A DNA stretch of 47,469 bases, counting the filler, from Cladosporium halotolerans (taxonomy: Eukaryota), in assembly GCF_011745625.1 (NCBI RefSeq). It is 2 parts of 2 records of this genome, joined end to end, with 100 filler letters (N's around TTAATTAATTAA, not from the genome) between each part and the next. Parts side by side here need not be neighbours in the genome. Positions count along the whole stretch, not along the records: positions 1 to 23,985 come from NW_027191543.1; positions 24,086 to 47,469 come from NW_027191544.1. The stretch is one strand, 5' to 3'. The number at the start of each line of letters is the position of its first letter. The stretch's first letter is position 1. The position numbers and the translations under genes were made by a program. Shown here piece by piece: positions 22,904 through 34,995 of the stretch. The notes beneath the pieces are model-generated. The model saw nothing but the letters and a program-made list of their open reading frames with translations. It was not told where the DNA came from and ran no database searches.

Positions 22904-23985
22904 TCATGTCGGCCAACTCGCTCCCTCACAAGACGCCATACCCTGCGCAAAGTCAACCACACGATCCCGGATCCATCCTGATGTAACTCCAGGCTTAGCC
23001 CTTCCCAGCCTTAGATGGACGTGTGTCTTGCATAATTTATCTTTGTCACAGGAATATTGCATGCATTCCGGATCCGCCATGCACTTGTGTCTACACTCAT
23101 CAATTGAAGAGGCGATCATCGATCGGTCCTCGCTCAAATTATCCCAATTTCCCTTGACGGACTTCATCCGAGGCATGGCAAATTTGGTAAAGATATCTAT
23201 GTGACGCAAGACTTTTTTCCCCTGCGAAGCGTTAGGTCAGTATCCGCATTCCAAGGGATCTAGGACAAACTAGCACCCACCGGGTTTTGGTTGATCAGCC
23301 AGTCTTGCTCGAGGTGCCACAGCTCCTCAATCTCAGACGGAGCCATATGATGGTAAGATACAGTGAGGCCGCACCATTCTCTTGGGGATTTGCTGGCCAC
23401 GGGACGTCTGTCTGCTGGCGTATACGAGAGGAAGCCTGGATAATCCCTTTGAAAGACCGGCCAGACGTTTGTCACGGACACTCCCAGATACAAGAGTACC
23501 TTACCCAGAACGCAATCTCCCGCCCAGTGCTCATTGGTGAAGCTTTCGATTTCTTTTTTGCGCGTTGCGTAATGCTCGACGACCGATTCCAGCGCAGGCC
23601 GAGAGACAACAAAGCCCGAGCCGCCGTGTGCGAACATGACCTCCCCTACAAGCTTGGGATTGCCCGCGTATATTGGCTTTGTCGGGTCAAAGCTCTCCAG
23701 ATATCGCAGCAGCATGGACCACAAAACACAGGTGTCTGCCTCCACGAAAACGTACCACTGCTTGTCAGGTCTCATCTGCAGTGTTCTGTTGATCATCGGG
23801 AGGAACTTCCATTTATCAAGCTTCCACCCAGGGTTCTCCGACTTCCCGGACATGTTTGGGATCTCGTCCGGTGGACCCGCAAGCTGTGACGGATGCAAAG
23901 ATGATCTTCCGCCTTTGCGTAGTCGTCGATATAGCTCGAAGTCGGAGTTATGCTCGGTGATGCTGGGGCTGACATCTGCTAAAGC
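22904..23985 (-). CDS. Glycosyltransferase family 31 (fringe/C1GALT1-like), 5' end cut by the gap
   Basis: GWKLDKWKFLPM, WYVFVEADT, FAHGGSGFVVS, WAGDCVLG, VSYHH; intron ~23222-23280 (GTGGGT..CTAAC..CAG); Cys-rich C-terminus CMQYS..C..GVTSGW. Frame open up to the N run. Confidence 0.9.
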
Positions 23986-24085
23986 NNNNNNNNNNNNNNN
24001 NNNNNNNNNNNNNNNNNNNNNNNNNNNNNTTAATTAATTAANNNNNNNNNNNNNNNNNNNNNNNNNNNNNNNNNNNNNNNNNNNN
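23986..24085. other. Artificial assembly linker (44 N + TTAATTAATTAA + 44 N)
   Basis: Symmetric 100-nt spacer whose 12-mer places stop codons in all six frames. Confidence 0.97.
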
Positions 24086-24138
24086 CGTGGACGGCCCACG
24101 CGAGAGTTGGAAGCCGGATCTGAAGGTCGTCAAAGCTT

Positions 24139-24328
24139 CCATCCGTTTTCTTTACCAGACTGGCAGACTGTCTCGTTCTTCGGATATGAGGGTCGGGTGA
24201 GGTGTTGGCTAATCTCTCGGGTCATGAGTGCGAGGCGTTGTCCATTGTAATGTAAGGCAGCGATCAGGGACGGCTCATACGGTCTCCGTGCATAGCCTGA
24301 ATGAACATCATCATCATCATCATCGCCA
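24139..24328. repeat. 190-bp direct repeat, copy 2 (copy 1 at 1-190)
   Basis: 186/190 identity to window bases 1-190; the match begins 53 nt after the gap. Confidence 0.95.
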
Positions 24329-25137
24329 TTTCCGCGCAGATACGCTGGAGGACGGAACGGACATGACAGCGCCCCGCGATCCTCTTCTAGGGGCCGCGTA
24401 CGTGCAGAAAACTAGGCGGATCTTGACAAACAGATCGCTCGCTGTTTGCGTGATTTTTTGCATCATCAAATAGGCTCTTGAAGGGTGTGTTGACAGTCGC
24501 ACGTGATACTTGCTCAGGAGCTGCGTCCGATAGCGAAGGCAGCCGTTAGCTCCCGCGATCCGAGATCCAATCGGCGTCCATCTTGTGAGACTCTGGGCCC
24601 GGCGGGTGACGACACGTTTACGCCATTGTCCGAAGCTTCTCCGGGACCGTTGAGAAGCGTGGGTCTCGTACACGATAGATTGGTTGGAAATTTGCAGGAC
24701 AGGAGCATACAGACAGCCACGAACTGGCTAAGGGTGGAAGCCGTGAATGGCCACAGCGGTGAATACTCAGCTTATTCAACATTTTCACATGAATACCTGC
24801 ATGCCAAAGCCAACGTTCAATGCTGACTATTGCAGCAAGCTGGACTATGCAGCGTGAAAGCGCGTGCGACCAGATTCACAAGCGCGTGCGTCTGCTTGGT
24901 TGACGAGGCGACAGGAAGGCGACAGGAAGGCTTACACTTAGTGTTAGTAGTTGTCAGACATATGACTACGCCGCGCTACATGCGTCTAACCCTAACGTAG
25001 AAGTTCGCAACCTTCAATTCAAGCCTCACAGCAGCACCGACTGACCAATTCTGCCCGCTCGCAATTGGCTCTGTAGTGGTATTAGCGATCATAGGACACT
25101 ATTTAAGAGCGCATTGGCTTGCTGATAGTCGTCAAGT

Positions 25138-26670
25138 CTAGCTCCATGGTCCGACCATCCTTGTAAAACGCCTCATCGATGCCTCTGTAACAATCGCATT
25201 GGATCGTGACAGCGGCTTCTGTGAGCCACCGTACATCTGGAGATCGTGCCGGCACTTTAAATCCCTCAAAGCCGGCTCGATGAAAACATCAGAGACACGC
25301 GCGAGAGGAACGAAGTACTGATATGCAGCGGCCAGGCAGTCTCCGGGACCGCATGATACTTGTTCTTTGTCGGCTTCATCATTCACCTCTGTAGGGTCCA
25401 GTGTCAGTACATAGCCGCATACTGTGATTGAGGAGCTGCCCGCTTCTGGTCTTATGCTCTTCGCAGTGCTTGCGACGGTAAGAGACAGACTTGGCACCTG
25501 TCTGTGGGAATCCCGCCATCAAGAGCTCTAACCAAAAGATGAGCGCCGCACAGCACCTCCGTGGTCTGGCCAAGGGAAAGATCGGCCAGCGATTCGGCGA
25601 CAACCTCCTCAAACGGATCATCTTGCAGCGTTGCTGCACTACCGACCATCCGCATCTCCCACAGGGCGGCGAAGAGATTATAATCTTGCATTTGTTGCAC
25701 ATGAGCGACGTGGTGGTTTGCATATTTATACAGCGCTCGAAAATGGCAGGCCACCAAAGCCTTGGGAAGTGTAGACGTCCTCGAGCAGGGCGCGTCTCGT
25801 ATGTATGGTGCAGGGCATTTGACCTGACAGCAGCAAAGTGTCCAATGTCGAATAAAAAGGGTAGCCACTGCTTCCCCTCTCAAAGAAGGGTAGATGTGGA
25901 AAACAGGCTTTTACATGGCGAGCAAACGTAATGGGCGATGACACATCGATCGCGTGGTATGCAGACTGACTAACGTTTTTGCTCGATGATGCTGTCTGAG
26001 TAGGTGACTGCTTTGCAACACATTTTGCAATTTCGCTCGCGAACACATCATCGCGTTGAAGGGCACATCTGATTTGTTGCTGGCTCTCTCCTGAGCGGAG
26101 TCGCGCAAGGAGTGCAACAATCTCACGATCGGACCATGTCCCTAGATCTGAAAACACTTCCGCTGCACAAGCATCCGGCTCTTGCAAGGGCCCATTCTGG
26201 ACGTCTTCGGCGGGTGTATCTCCTGGGAAGCAAGGCCTGCCAAAGGTCGGCGTCGTGTTTTCATTCAGGGAATCTTGCAACCCGGCTGACCTGCTCATCA
26301 TCAACATCACCTTGAGGCGGTCGAGCTCCCTCTCTGTACTTCGTAGTCCTGCTGAAGACTGAAGTATTTCCTTTTGAACGCATTGTTCGTCGATACAGCA
26401 TCGTCGCCGGAATACTGGCAGCGCAAGTGTCTTGTCCTGCAAAAATCGCAATGAGGACGAGCACCATCACACTGACGATGCATTTTTATTTTAATCGCAA
26501 AGAAAAACATCGGAATTGTAGATACCCTGTGCTTTCTTCTTCTGCAGTTTTCGCATGCAACCTCAAAAGATAGTCAGCCGACGAAACTCGTTTACTGCGT
26601 GGCATGCATGTCGATCTGACATACCGCGACCTGCTTCCAATCTCCACGGCGATGTTGTTCGCCAACATTG
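25138..26670 (-). pseudogene. Zn(II)2Cys6 transcription factor pseudogene, possibly with a DUF3425-like C-terminus
   Basis: Spliced cluster VACENCRRRKHR / CDGARPHCDFCRTRHLRCQY; frameshift near 26340; no in-frame ATG found upstream; downstream fragments spread over several frames. Confidence 0.75.
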
Positions 26671-28971
26671 ACGGGAAATGCCGTAAAAAGTGTAGCAAAG
26701 ACAACGTAGGGATCGAGTGCTAACGTTGGAATATCGGCTGCCGTGAGATTTTGGCGCTATGCATATAGACAGCCTGGAAGGGTGCGGGCGAACGACAACC
26801 TGTGGAAAGCAATTCCACGGAGGGAAGGCCCTCTGCCCGGTCAGAGGAGGAGGGTCTGGCGTTGGTGACGCTGGTCGCGACCATACGATTTGATAGCGCC
26901 GGACAAAAGTCCGAAACCCCTAGGAACTTGTCATGAAAGGCGTGTGGAGCACGCGTCACGCTTGATTTGCCATCTTCAGAAGCTCGATCCTGTCTTGTGA
27001 CTCGTGGACTTGTGGTGGAGGGGAGCTCCACATAAGAGCAACGCCACCGTCTCAATTCATGCAGATGTTACCGAAGCGAGCGGGCGATCCGGTAACTACG
27101 AAGGGCTCGCGTTGCTGCAGCACTGCCAGCTCTTGGTAGGTGCTGTGCATGAATACATCAAGTATAAATTGGTCATTCAGTCACTAAGCCAAAAAAGATC
27201 TGCAAAGAAGCGCGTGGTCAATTCAGTCCTTTGATATCATACTGTTTGCACAAAGGGTCCCTCACATTTGCACACACACTTCTCCACACACTTGTCCAAA
27301 TGAACAGTGGAACTTAGTGGCCGAGCCATTAGCGTCAAGCCAGCGCGAATATTCTTCTCTGTGACGTTGCAACTCTGTTCCGTTCTCATCAGAAGAAACG
27401 GCGACAAAGATCGCGACAAGTTGCATTGACTGATGTGACTGACCGCTCGAATGAAGCGAAACGTGGTCTAAGTTTAAGATCTAGAAAGGAGGTATTCTTC
27501 GTCGCCACGACCGAATTACGGGAAATCCACCATCGATCGTAAAGATGGTAGTTTGAGCAAATGCCAGCATGAAGCGGTAGACCGGAGTTGCGTCCGGCTG
27601 AAATTTTCACACACCGGAAAAGCATGTCATGTGCGATGACGCCGGGCGCACAAGTCGTTTTGCTCTCTTGCCGCCACGTCAAGCAATGTTGCTCCGATCT
27701 CTCACTCAACATGAAGCCGCCTCTATTCAGGGTGTCGTTGTGAATACACTGCGTATGCTTTTGCCAATGTCCGGGAGCTATATCGTGAAATGCGACCAAG
27801 ATACACCTATGGCGGTGACGGCACTAGCGATCTCATACACTTCCACTCACCCGAACGCCAGTGCATGACGCCTTGTAACGGTGACAAACGACTCACGACT
27901 CATTGAAAACCCCGCATGCGTTGCCTCGGTCAACGTTGGCCTTGCATGAAAGCCTCTCACAATTGTCTGTTCGACATCAAGCGAAAAGGCATGCTGGGCG
28001 TGGTACTTGCGTTTGCCATCCCAATGTGCCAGCAGTAGTGGCGAGAGATTTGATCTTGGCTGCCGCGAAGTCCTCTCCTTCACTTACCGTGAGCCCCAGT
28101 TGTTTGCAGCCTGGATTGATACATCTCAACGCCGGCAGAGATACGCTGCTCATGTGGGTGATTCTGTTGATGTGGGTGATTTGCAAGCAGAAATCGGAGA
28201 CCACAGACTTCTCCCAATGCTTCCGATAGCACCTTGGATTATCAAGTGCAGAGAAATGATTCTTAGGCTTGACACGTCCATGACTGCAATACACGAAATG
28301 TTTGAATGCCAAAATATATTTCAAGTATAGCGGAGAGGCGAGGGAGCGACTTCCATCGTGCGAATGCTCAACAGAAGACTGTTCGAGAGACCGTAACCCA
28401 ATGTATCCATTGCACTGAAGGTAGCATGGCGCCTCATAAAACGTACAATCAGGAATGTCAGCACTGCTTCGACGCAGCCACACAAGATATTCTTCAGGCT
28501 CCCGAAGTCACCTGATGGCTAATGGGCTTTGTGTGGTGTGTGCGTTGCTTCCTCTGTCAAGGACGGCGACCCATTGTGAAGTGGGCTTTGTCATTGTGAA
28601 AGTCTTCGTAATGTCTGCATGGATAGTGAGCAATGGGCGAAACGCGTGGCCCAAGAAAAGGCCAATGAATCTCCCGATAGAGCCGCGTTGTACAGCTATA
28701 TGATTTGCAAGAGAGCGAGTCTGCGGGATTGTAAAGATTTCTCCGTACCGCGTGGCTGCACTAGCTACGTGCTGCATGAATATGCGGACGCTCTATTGCT
28801 TGCACGACGCAGGGGTGGCATCTTTTCACTCGAATCACAATGACGGTATGTGGAGATCTTCAAGGAGACTCTGAGTGGAGCGATAAGAAGATCAAGGGCC
28901 ACCCCTCGCTGAGGAGATTTTGTTCGTGTTATACTAACCCGGAGCCTGTTTTCCTAGAAGCTAGCGACCAC

Positions 28972-29568
28972 ATGATGTGCGACTTGTCAACTCATAGCGC
29001 GGATCACGATTTGGACTCGGACTTCAGCACTTGTCAGACTGACGACGAGCCATGTCTACCTAAGACTGAGGTATTCATAGAGGTTCCACCAGGAAAACTC
29101 GTGACGATGAAGCCGGACGACGTCAAAGACACTATACAGGTTTCCAACCTTGACAAGGGGCTGTGTATAGTACTGACGGGCACACGCTCTGAATCTACGA
29201 TTTGGATGCTACACCTGGGTGGATCTCCGCTCCATGGTATAGGTTCTTTGTCATCTGAAGAGCCCCTCAAGACTGATAACGCCTTTGGTCCTGATGAAGG
29301 GTATGACGAGCACAACTTTTCGATGCTGCGGAGTCTTGCAAGCATCTTTTTGGCAGAAGAAGACCTGTGTCAATCTCCGGCGGCTTGGACGATCTCAACT
29401 CGACAACCAGAATGTGACAGACACCAGCACTTCAAGAGAATATTTGAAACTTGCTTTGGACATTTGGGTGTGCAAGTACAACACTATGACTGCGACCATA
29501 AGTCATCTATGTCAGCACATAGTCCTCCGGGAGCGCGGTCGGTGGTCGCTGTGAGAGGCCGGATATGA
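28972..29568 (+). CDS. Hypothetical fungal protein (possible CheD-like deamidase fold, catalytic Cys apparently absent)
   Basis: Part of a 242-codon ORF. FIEVPPG..SNLDKGLCIVLTG..IWMLHL and PPGARSVVAV resemble a fungal family with a GLxGC..AHI motif, recalled from memory. Confidence 0.45.
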   Translation: MMCDLSTHSADHDLDSDFSTCQTDDEPCLPKTEVFIEVPPGKLVTMKPDDVKDTIQVSNLDKGLCIVLTGTRSESTIWMLHLGGSPLHGIGSLSSEEPLKTDNAFGPDEGYDEHNFSMLRSLASIFLAEEDLCQSPAAWTISTRQPECDRHQHFKRIFETCFGHLGVQVQHYDCDHKSSMSAHSPPGARSVVAVRGRI

Positions 29569-31587
29569 AAATAATGAATCTGATCGATGGCCGCACTGTC
29601 CATCAGGGAGCTAGCATGGCCACCGAAGTGCGGAATTCATGGAAGATAGATCAAGCCTGGTCGGAAACAGCTGCCAAGTAACCGGGACACAGAGTTATAG
29701 ACTGATAATGTACAGTACTATCTTTTGCCCGTTTCCCACTTTCCTCTGACATCACAAGTCATCTGCTCCAGCATACAGACATTGCGGGCCTCCACAGGTA
29801 TCGATAATGACAGAATTCAACAGTTGATGGAACGGCGTTGGTAGATGGAGTCACTGTCTGTATATCCATTTTCGATTCCATTCACCCACATCCGCCTCCG
29901 TGTGCGAGCATCTCAAGATCGACCCCTTCATATTGCAATATCGTATACGTCTGTTTTGGTTTGGATCAGTTAGACTTGGCATCGTCATATGATACACTGC
30001 AGCCTCGTGCCGCTTGATCCTGCCACAAGGAAGCTCGAACATATGTGGATGGAATTGCTGGAGGCCATCGCATGGTGTCACGCAGAAGTGGGCAGGAACA
30101 CCAAGACCCTGCCGAACAATTGTACTCCGTAAAGAGATCAGTCTCGTCCGTCAAAACTCTGCGTACGAGCGACCCACAGATATGATTGCTTTCGAGTCAT
30201 GGAGCCTGCTTGGCGCCATGTTGACACAACACGCACGGTCTCGAAATTTAACTTCAAGATCGCAATGGCGATCGCAAAGTGCAGCAATTCCCCCCTCGTA
30301 TCGCGAATGATCTTCCGCAGGCCCTTATCACCTCTTCCGCGGCCCTCCACATGCCCATTAGTCGTCTTGACTGGAGAAGGGATAAAAGAAGCGAGGAAGC
30401 CCCAAGTCGGACCATCTTGATACTATGTCCTCTATGAACGTCTATTGTTGTTCTTCTCCACTACCTGAAACATCCATGCTCGCTTGTAACGATTTCCCCT
30501 CCGAAGCTCGTGTGCGATCGTGGAGCCTCAGTAATGTCGAGGAATGCACCGGAAACATCGAAGGACCTCGTGATTGGCAGGGATAAACCTGCAACTGTCG
30601 TTAGCCACTCTGTATCAATGGACGGACCTGGCTCCGTAAAGCCAGTCGATGCTGCCTGCTTGGCATCTTTAGTTCCGCGTTTTCCGTTGTCCGTTTGGTC
30701 CCCCCGAACAAGTCTGGCATCCAGTGACTTCCATAGGCACGCTAACTAGCTCGTGCCAAGAATTAACAGCACTATTTGACGACTAGCATCGCAATGGCAG
30801 AGCCGACTTCCGTAGCGTCTGAACCCCTCCCTTCCTACTTCCATATCATGTATGGCATCAATTCCGGCCGTGATGGGGGTCAACGCTGGTAGAGCGCTCG
30901 CCACGTATGGCTGGATGGTAAGGGGTGAATTTCCGGCGCTACATACAACCGTCCATTCGTTGCAAGCAATCCGGGACCCTTCCTCAATGAGCCTTTCCTC
31001 CCCTCATCTTTCAACCCACCTTTCTCGTGATTGCAAATCACGGAGTTGACTCCGCTGTCTTCCGTGTCTGTCGAATAACATTCTCGATCTGGTGATCTAG
31101 GGCAGTGCCAAGGAGCAAATAGTAAGATATACTCTCGGCCGCTGGCGCACTCTCTGAAAGACGTATCTGGACATATATCCTCGAACTTTGAACCGAGCAA
31201 TGTTGAAAACATGTCACCAAAGGAAACGGACATTGCTTCGTCTCGAGATACCACGAACAACCTCATGGCAGGCCGTGAAGCTGGATGGCACTCCAGCATT
31301 CTGAATAAGTGCAGTCCCGCCGCCGCTGCTGCTGCTACCAGACCTGTCGCGATGGATGATGGCGTGTCTTGCGTTCCAGTATTGTCAGCCGACGGTCGAA
31401 ATTTTGTAAGTCACTGACTTCAGAAGAGAGACCAAGATGTGAGCCGGGAGCTGCCGCTTCGCCCGATGCATCGCGAGAGAGTGGCCCGTTATGCGTTCAT
31501 TCCCATTTCATTTCTTTCTTCATCGCTGACTTCAGATGTGTTTTCAAACAGGAGGGCGGTGCTCTGACAACGGCAACCCGGGGAGCA

Positions 31588-32097
31588 ATGTTAGACGGAA
31601 CATCGTGTGATCACACATTAGCAACCCAAGACGCTTGCCTCGCGAGCCTGAGTGTGTTGGATACCCAGATATGGCAAGAAAGTAGGATATGTGGTGTTCT
31701 GCGCAACCCTGGGTTGTTTGGAGTGGGCTGGTGGTACCGGATCCAGCTTGTCGACAAAGTACTCGCGATTGATACGTTCGAGCGGTCACAAGTCTTCGGC
31801 AAGCCACTGTTCACGTACGCCATCGCGTGTTCCGTATTACCAAGCGGGTACTATCATGTTGCGTGGAGACCTCAGTGGGTGCCTTCTGAATCTATCGCTC
31901 CTGAACTAATGATGCGGTTTTGGCAGAGTATGCCGTCGAGGTTCTTGTACCTAACAATGTCACTTGGAGATGACATGGTGTGGCGTGAAGACAAAGAGCA
32001 TTACACGAACTTCTCTGGGGATACATCGGAGCATTTGTGCTTAAATCCGAGCTGTGATCTGTGCAGAGGGGCCAGTAAAGTTAATACCTGTGATTGA
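31588..32097 (+). CDS. Hypothetical protein with a chromo-like motif
   Basis: ATG 31588 lies within a 242-codon ORF; YYHVAWRPQWVPSESIAPELMMRFW resembles the Y-V-W..W-P..I..F half of a chromodomain. Confidence 0.4.
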   Translation: MLDGTSCDHTLATQDACLASLSVLDTQIWQESRICGVLRNPGLFGVGWWYRIQLVDKVLAIDTFERSQVFGKPLFTYAIACSVLPSGYYHVAWRPQWVPSESIAPELMMRFWQSMPSRFLYLTMSLGDDMVWREDKEHYTNFSGDTSEHLCLNPSCDLCRGASKVNTCD

Positions 32098-32593
32098 AAT
32101 AAAGCCGCTTGAAGCAAAGCCGCGAACGCAAGTCGATCCATGTTGCAGGTATCTTGGGAGGCTTTGCCCTCCTTCTCCATCAACAGCAGCCGACTTGATG
32201 CTTCCATTGTCTTCAAGAACGGATGGAGTAGCGTGAGCCTCTATCGAGGCTTTGGGACTCGCCACGCTTTTGTCAACCTTGTGAATCAAGTCCACCTGCG
32301 GCTAGGTAGCGTCTAACAATACCAAAGAGGTTACATGGTACTTTCAACGATATGGGTTCAGTGTATAGCAATAAGCAATAAGCGCCGTCCGAAGTCGAGA
32401 CCAAGATAATCATCACATGTCACAACTCCGAAACCTTCAAACCTGAGCACATAGGAACAAAAGCATTGGTGTTCTGATCTAAAAGAGTCAGACGCGGATT
32501 CTCTCCCATTGAGTCTTGTACATTTGCAGACAACTGGCTTGATCGTCTGTCAACGATCCGGATGCAGGCTTTTTAGATACACTCAGCCAAAGG

Positions 32594-34214
32594 CTACGCC
32601 TCCTTCGGCCATCTCCACCAATCTCTACTCGGCATATCTTCCTGCTTCTGTTGTCTTATCACCTTATTTGGTCGGCCTCGTAACCATACACCCTCCAATT
32701 CCCTTGCAATCTGCTCGGTCATATTCGGCCGCAACTCGTTCCATTGTGTCTTGCTGACCGTCTGCCACTGATGCGGATTCACGCTCTCGTAGTCCAGGAC
32801 AGCAAGAAAACCTGTGAGTTCGACGCTAGTCACGTTGAGATTTTGACTTCCTCAGTGAGCGAGCGCCCATTCGTCGTCTCCACAAAGACATGCGAGCAGA
32901 TAGAGGTCATACAGCGTCGCAGAATGAGCATGGAGGAATGTCTTTAGCTCATCAGCGGTGAAGACCCAGCGACGAAGGCTGAGTGACCGAAGGTACGGCA
33001 TACGGACGGGTGCCCGGACAGAGGGAAACACATCGAACCGAGTAGTCTTGCTAACTCTAGGTATTTCCTCTCGACCGCCCCAGAACAGATAGATCATGTT
33101 CAAAGTCAAGACCCGAAGTCGAGGCCCTGCAGATCGCAGAAACTGGCGCAGCTGATCGAGCACGTTCTCTTCGTCTGAGCGATGGCTACTATAGCAAAGG
33201 ACAAGACGAAAGTTTTCCAAACGACCGAGGACTCCAGCAATTGAAGAGCCAGGGCCGAGGGGAATGCCTTGAAATGAGCTGATGTCTAGATACCGTGGAT
33301 CCCGCGGGTGATAAGGATCGGCCAGCTCGCTCGCGTCCTCCCCAGTGTACTCGAACGCGTGAAGTCCGACAGCTAAACTGTTTACCTGCCTATTCGACGT
33401 CTTCGCGAGCACCTCCAGTAGGGAAAAGAGGCAATCGCCCGCAACGCCAGTCTCTCCGCCAGCACCGACATGCTGGGGCTCGAGTGTCTTACCAAACAGC
33501 CGCCGGCAGCATTCGTCGTAGCTCTCGCCGCGGCGCGCTAGGCTGCGATAATCAGTAGCAACGATACTGCGGAGCTTTGCGAAATGAGCGAATGCAGCAA
33601 TTAGTAAGCGTGTGTCGACCTGTTCGCTCGATATCCATTCCTGATCTCTGTAGCGCTGTTGGTAGTTGGCGAAAGCAAAGCTGCAAGCCAAACGAAATTC
33701 ATCACCCTCGACTGAATCGATAGCTTATGACGTGCCCAGATTATTCAGTCTTAGGCCTTTTCTACCCTGAGCGGTAGTCGTTTCATTTGGTTGCAGCATT
33801 CTGTCTTCATCATGGCAGAAATGCAGGACTTTTCTTCTTGTCGCTTGGATGCAACGCTGTTGGGACATCCAACGCTCATCTGGTAAGTCTCGGGGCGCGC
33901 GTTTGCAGTCTTCCACATACTCATCCATGTCGAGCGCTGCTGCTTCGGAGTACGAACTGCCGTCGTACACAATCTCGGTGACGTGCAAGCTAACAGGGAT
34001 GGGCCATTATTTCGCAAAGCTTCCAAAGCACATCGAGCCGCCGAGCAAATACGACGTGCGGTGTAAGGTAAGCCGAGCTATGTCTGTTGAAGGCACGACT
34101 CACGAGGCGACAGCTTGCGATATCTTTCGAATCTGACATCCAAAGGTAAGATAGGACATGTGCAAGCAGCTCCAAAGACAACGAGTTGATGAAGGCCTTG
34201 CGATGAGGATGCAT
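32594..34214 (-). pseudogene. F-box protein pseudogene
   Basis: N-terminal INSLSLELLAHVLSYL..IASCRLVSRAF (F-box); LRR-like LRSLSL and LRVLTL segments. Four consecutive ORF segments separated by stops near 33990, 33725 and 32852. Confidence 0.8.
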
Positions 34215-34995
34215 ATTGCGCCGGGCAGGTCGTGTATTGCAGGAAATGCCTTGGCCGCTGTAGACGAGTCAGCATTTACCACCAATGGAGAATCAACATC
34301 AATTTCACTGGCCTCACAAGGACGGTAATGCTGATTCCTCCCCCTGTGATTGTGGTTTGCTCCCTACGCCTACTGCCGATCAAAATAATAAGTGATCACG
34401 GCGTGCTCAACGGTTCCTTCTTTGATACGATGAGTGAGCGTCATTCCTCGAAATTCCTCGAGATAGGCCGTTATGGGCGGGCACTGTATTACATATTGCC
34501 CGGTCGCGCGCGATGACGTGGCGCTTACACTTCGTACAGGCACAGACCTGAGCTTGCCTTGCGGCTGCTTCTCGAATCCACGTCAAGATCACGTTTATAT
34601 GGTCACGCCCTGCGCCGGCCTTGCGATCCCGTTAAGCATTAGACTGGGACCTGCATTGACAGGTGTGATATTCATCATATATGACGCGGACCACAAGACG
34701 CTGGTGCCGACATCACCTTGATTCCTCACTCCAAAGATGATACATGGAAATCTATCTATGACCAGGGTTGACTAGGATCTTGCGTATCCAAGTTTGACTT
34801 CGTGAATCGCATGTAGACTTCCTGGACCTGAAAAGCTCCTGTCTGCGATATGGCTTCAGACTCCATGTGGTACGCGAACCTTCATTTCCAGCAATTACTA
34901 GCAAAACTTGTTAGCCGTCACGGAGCATGAGCTCTACAAGCACTCATCATCGTAGCAGCAAGGTCTGGACAGATTCAGATCGCAACAGACAAAGC

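Noticed and set aside
24030..24041. TTAATTAATTAA as a biological palindrome or piggyBac TTAA site
   Set aside because: It is centred exactly within an N run and is an assembly linker.
24906..24996. AGGCGACAGGA x2 and telomere-like CTAACCCTAAC
   Set aside because: Too short (under two telomere units) to be significant.
25896..25907. GTGGAAAACAGG resembling fungal 5S rRNA
   Set aside because: Flanking sequence does not follow the 5S pattern; no rRNA or tRNA gene was recognised in the window.
27389..28843. Chain of short ORFs on both strands
   Set aside because: May be a heavily decayed gene, but no family motif could be identified.
29851..31299. Minus-strand ORF fragments
   Set aside because: No coherent frame or motif; left unannotated.
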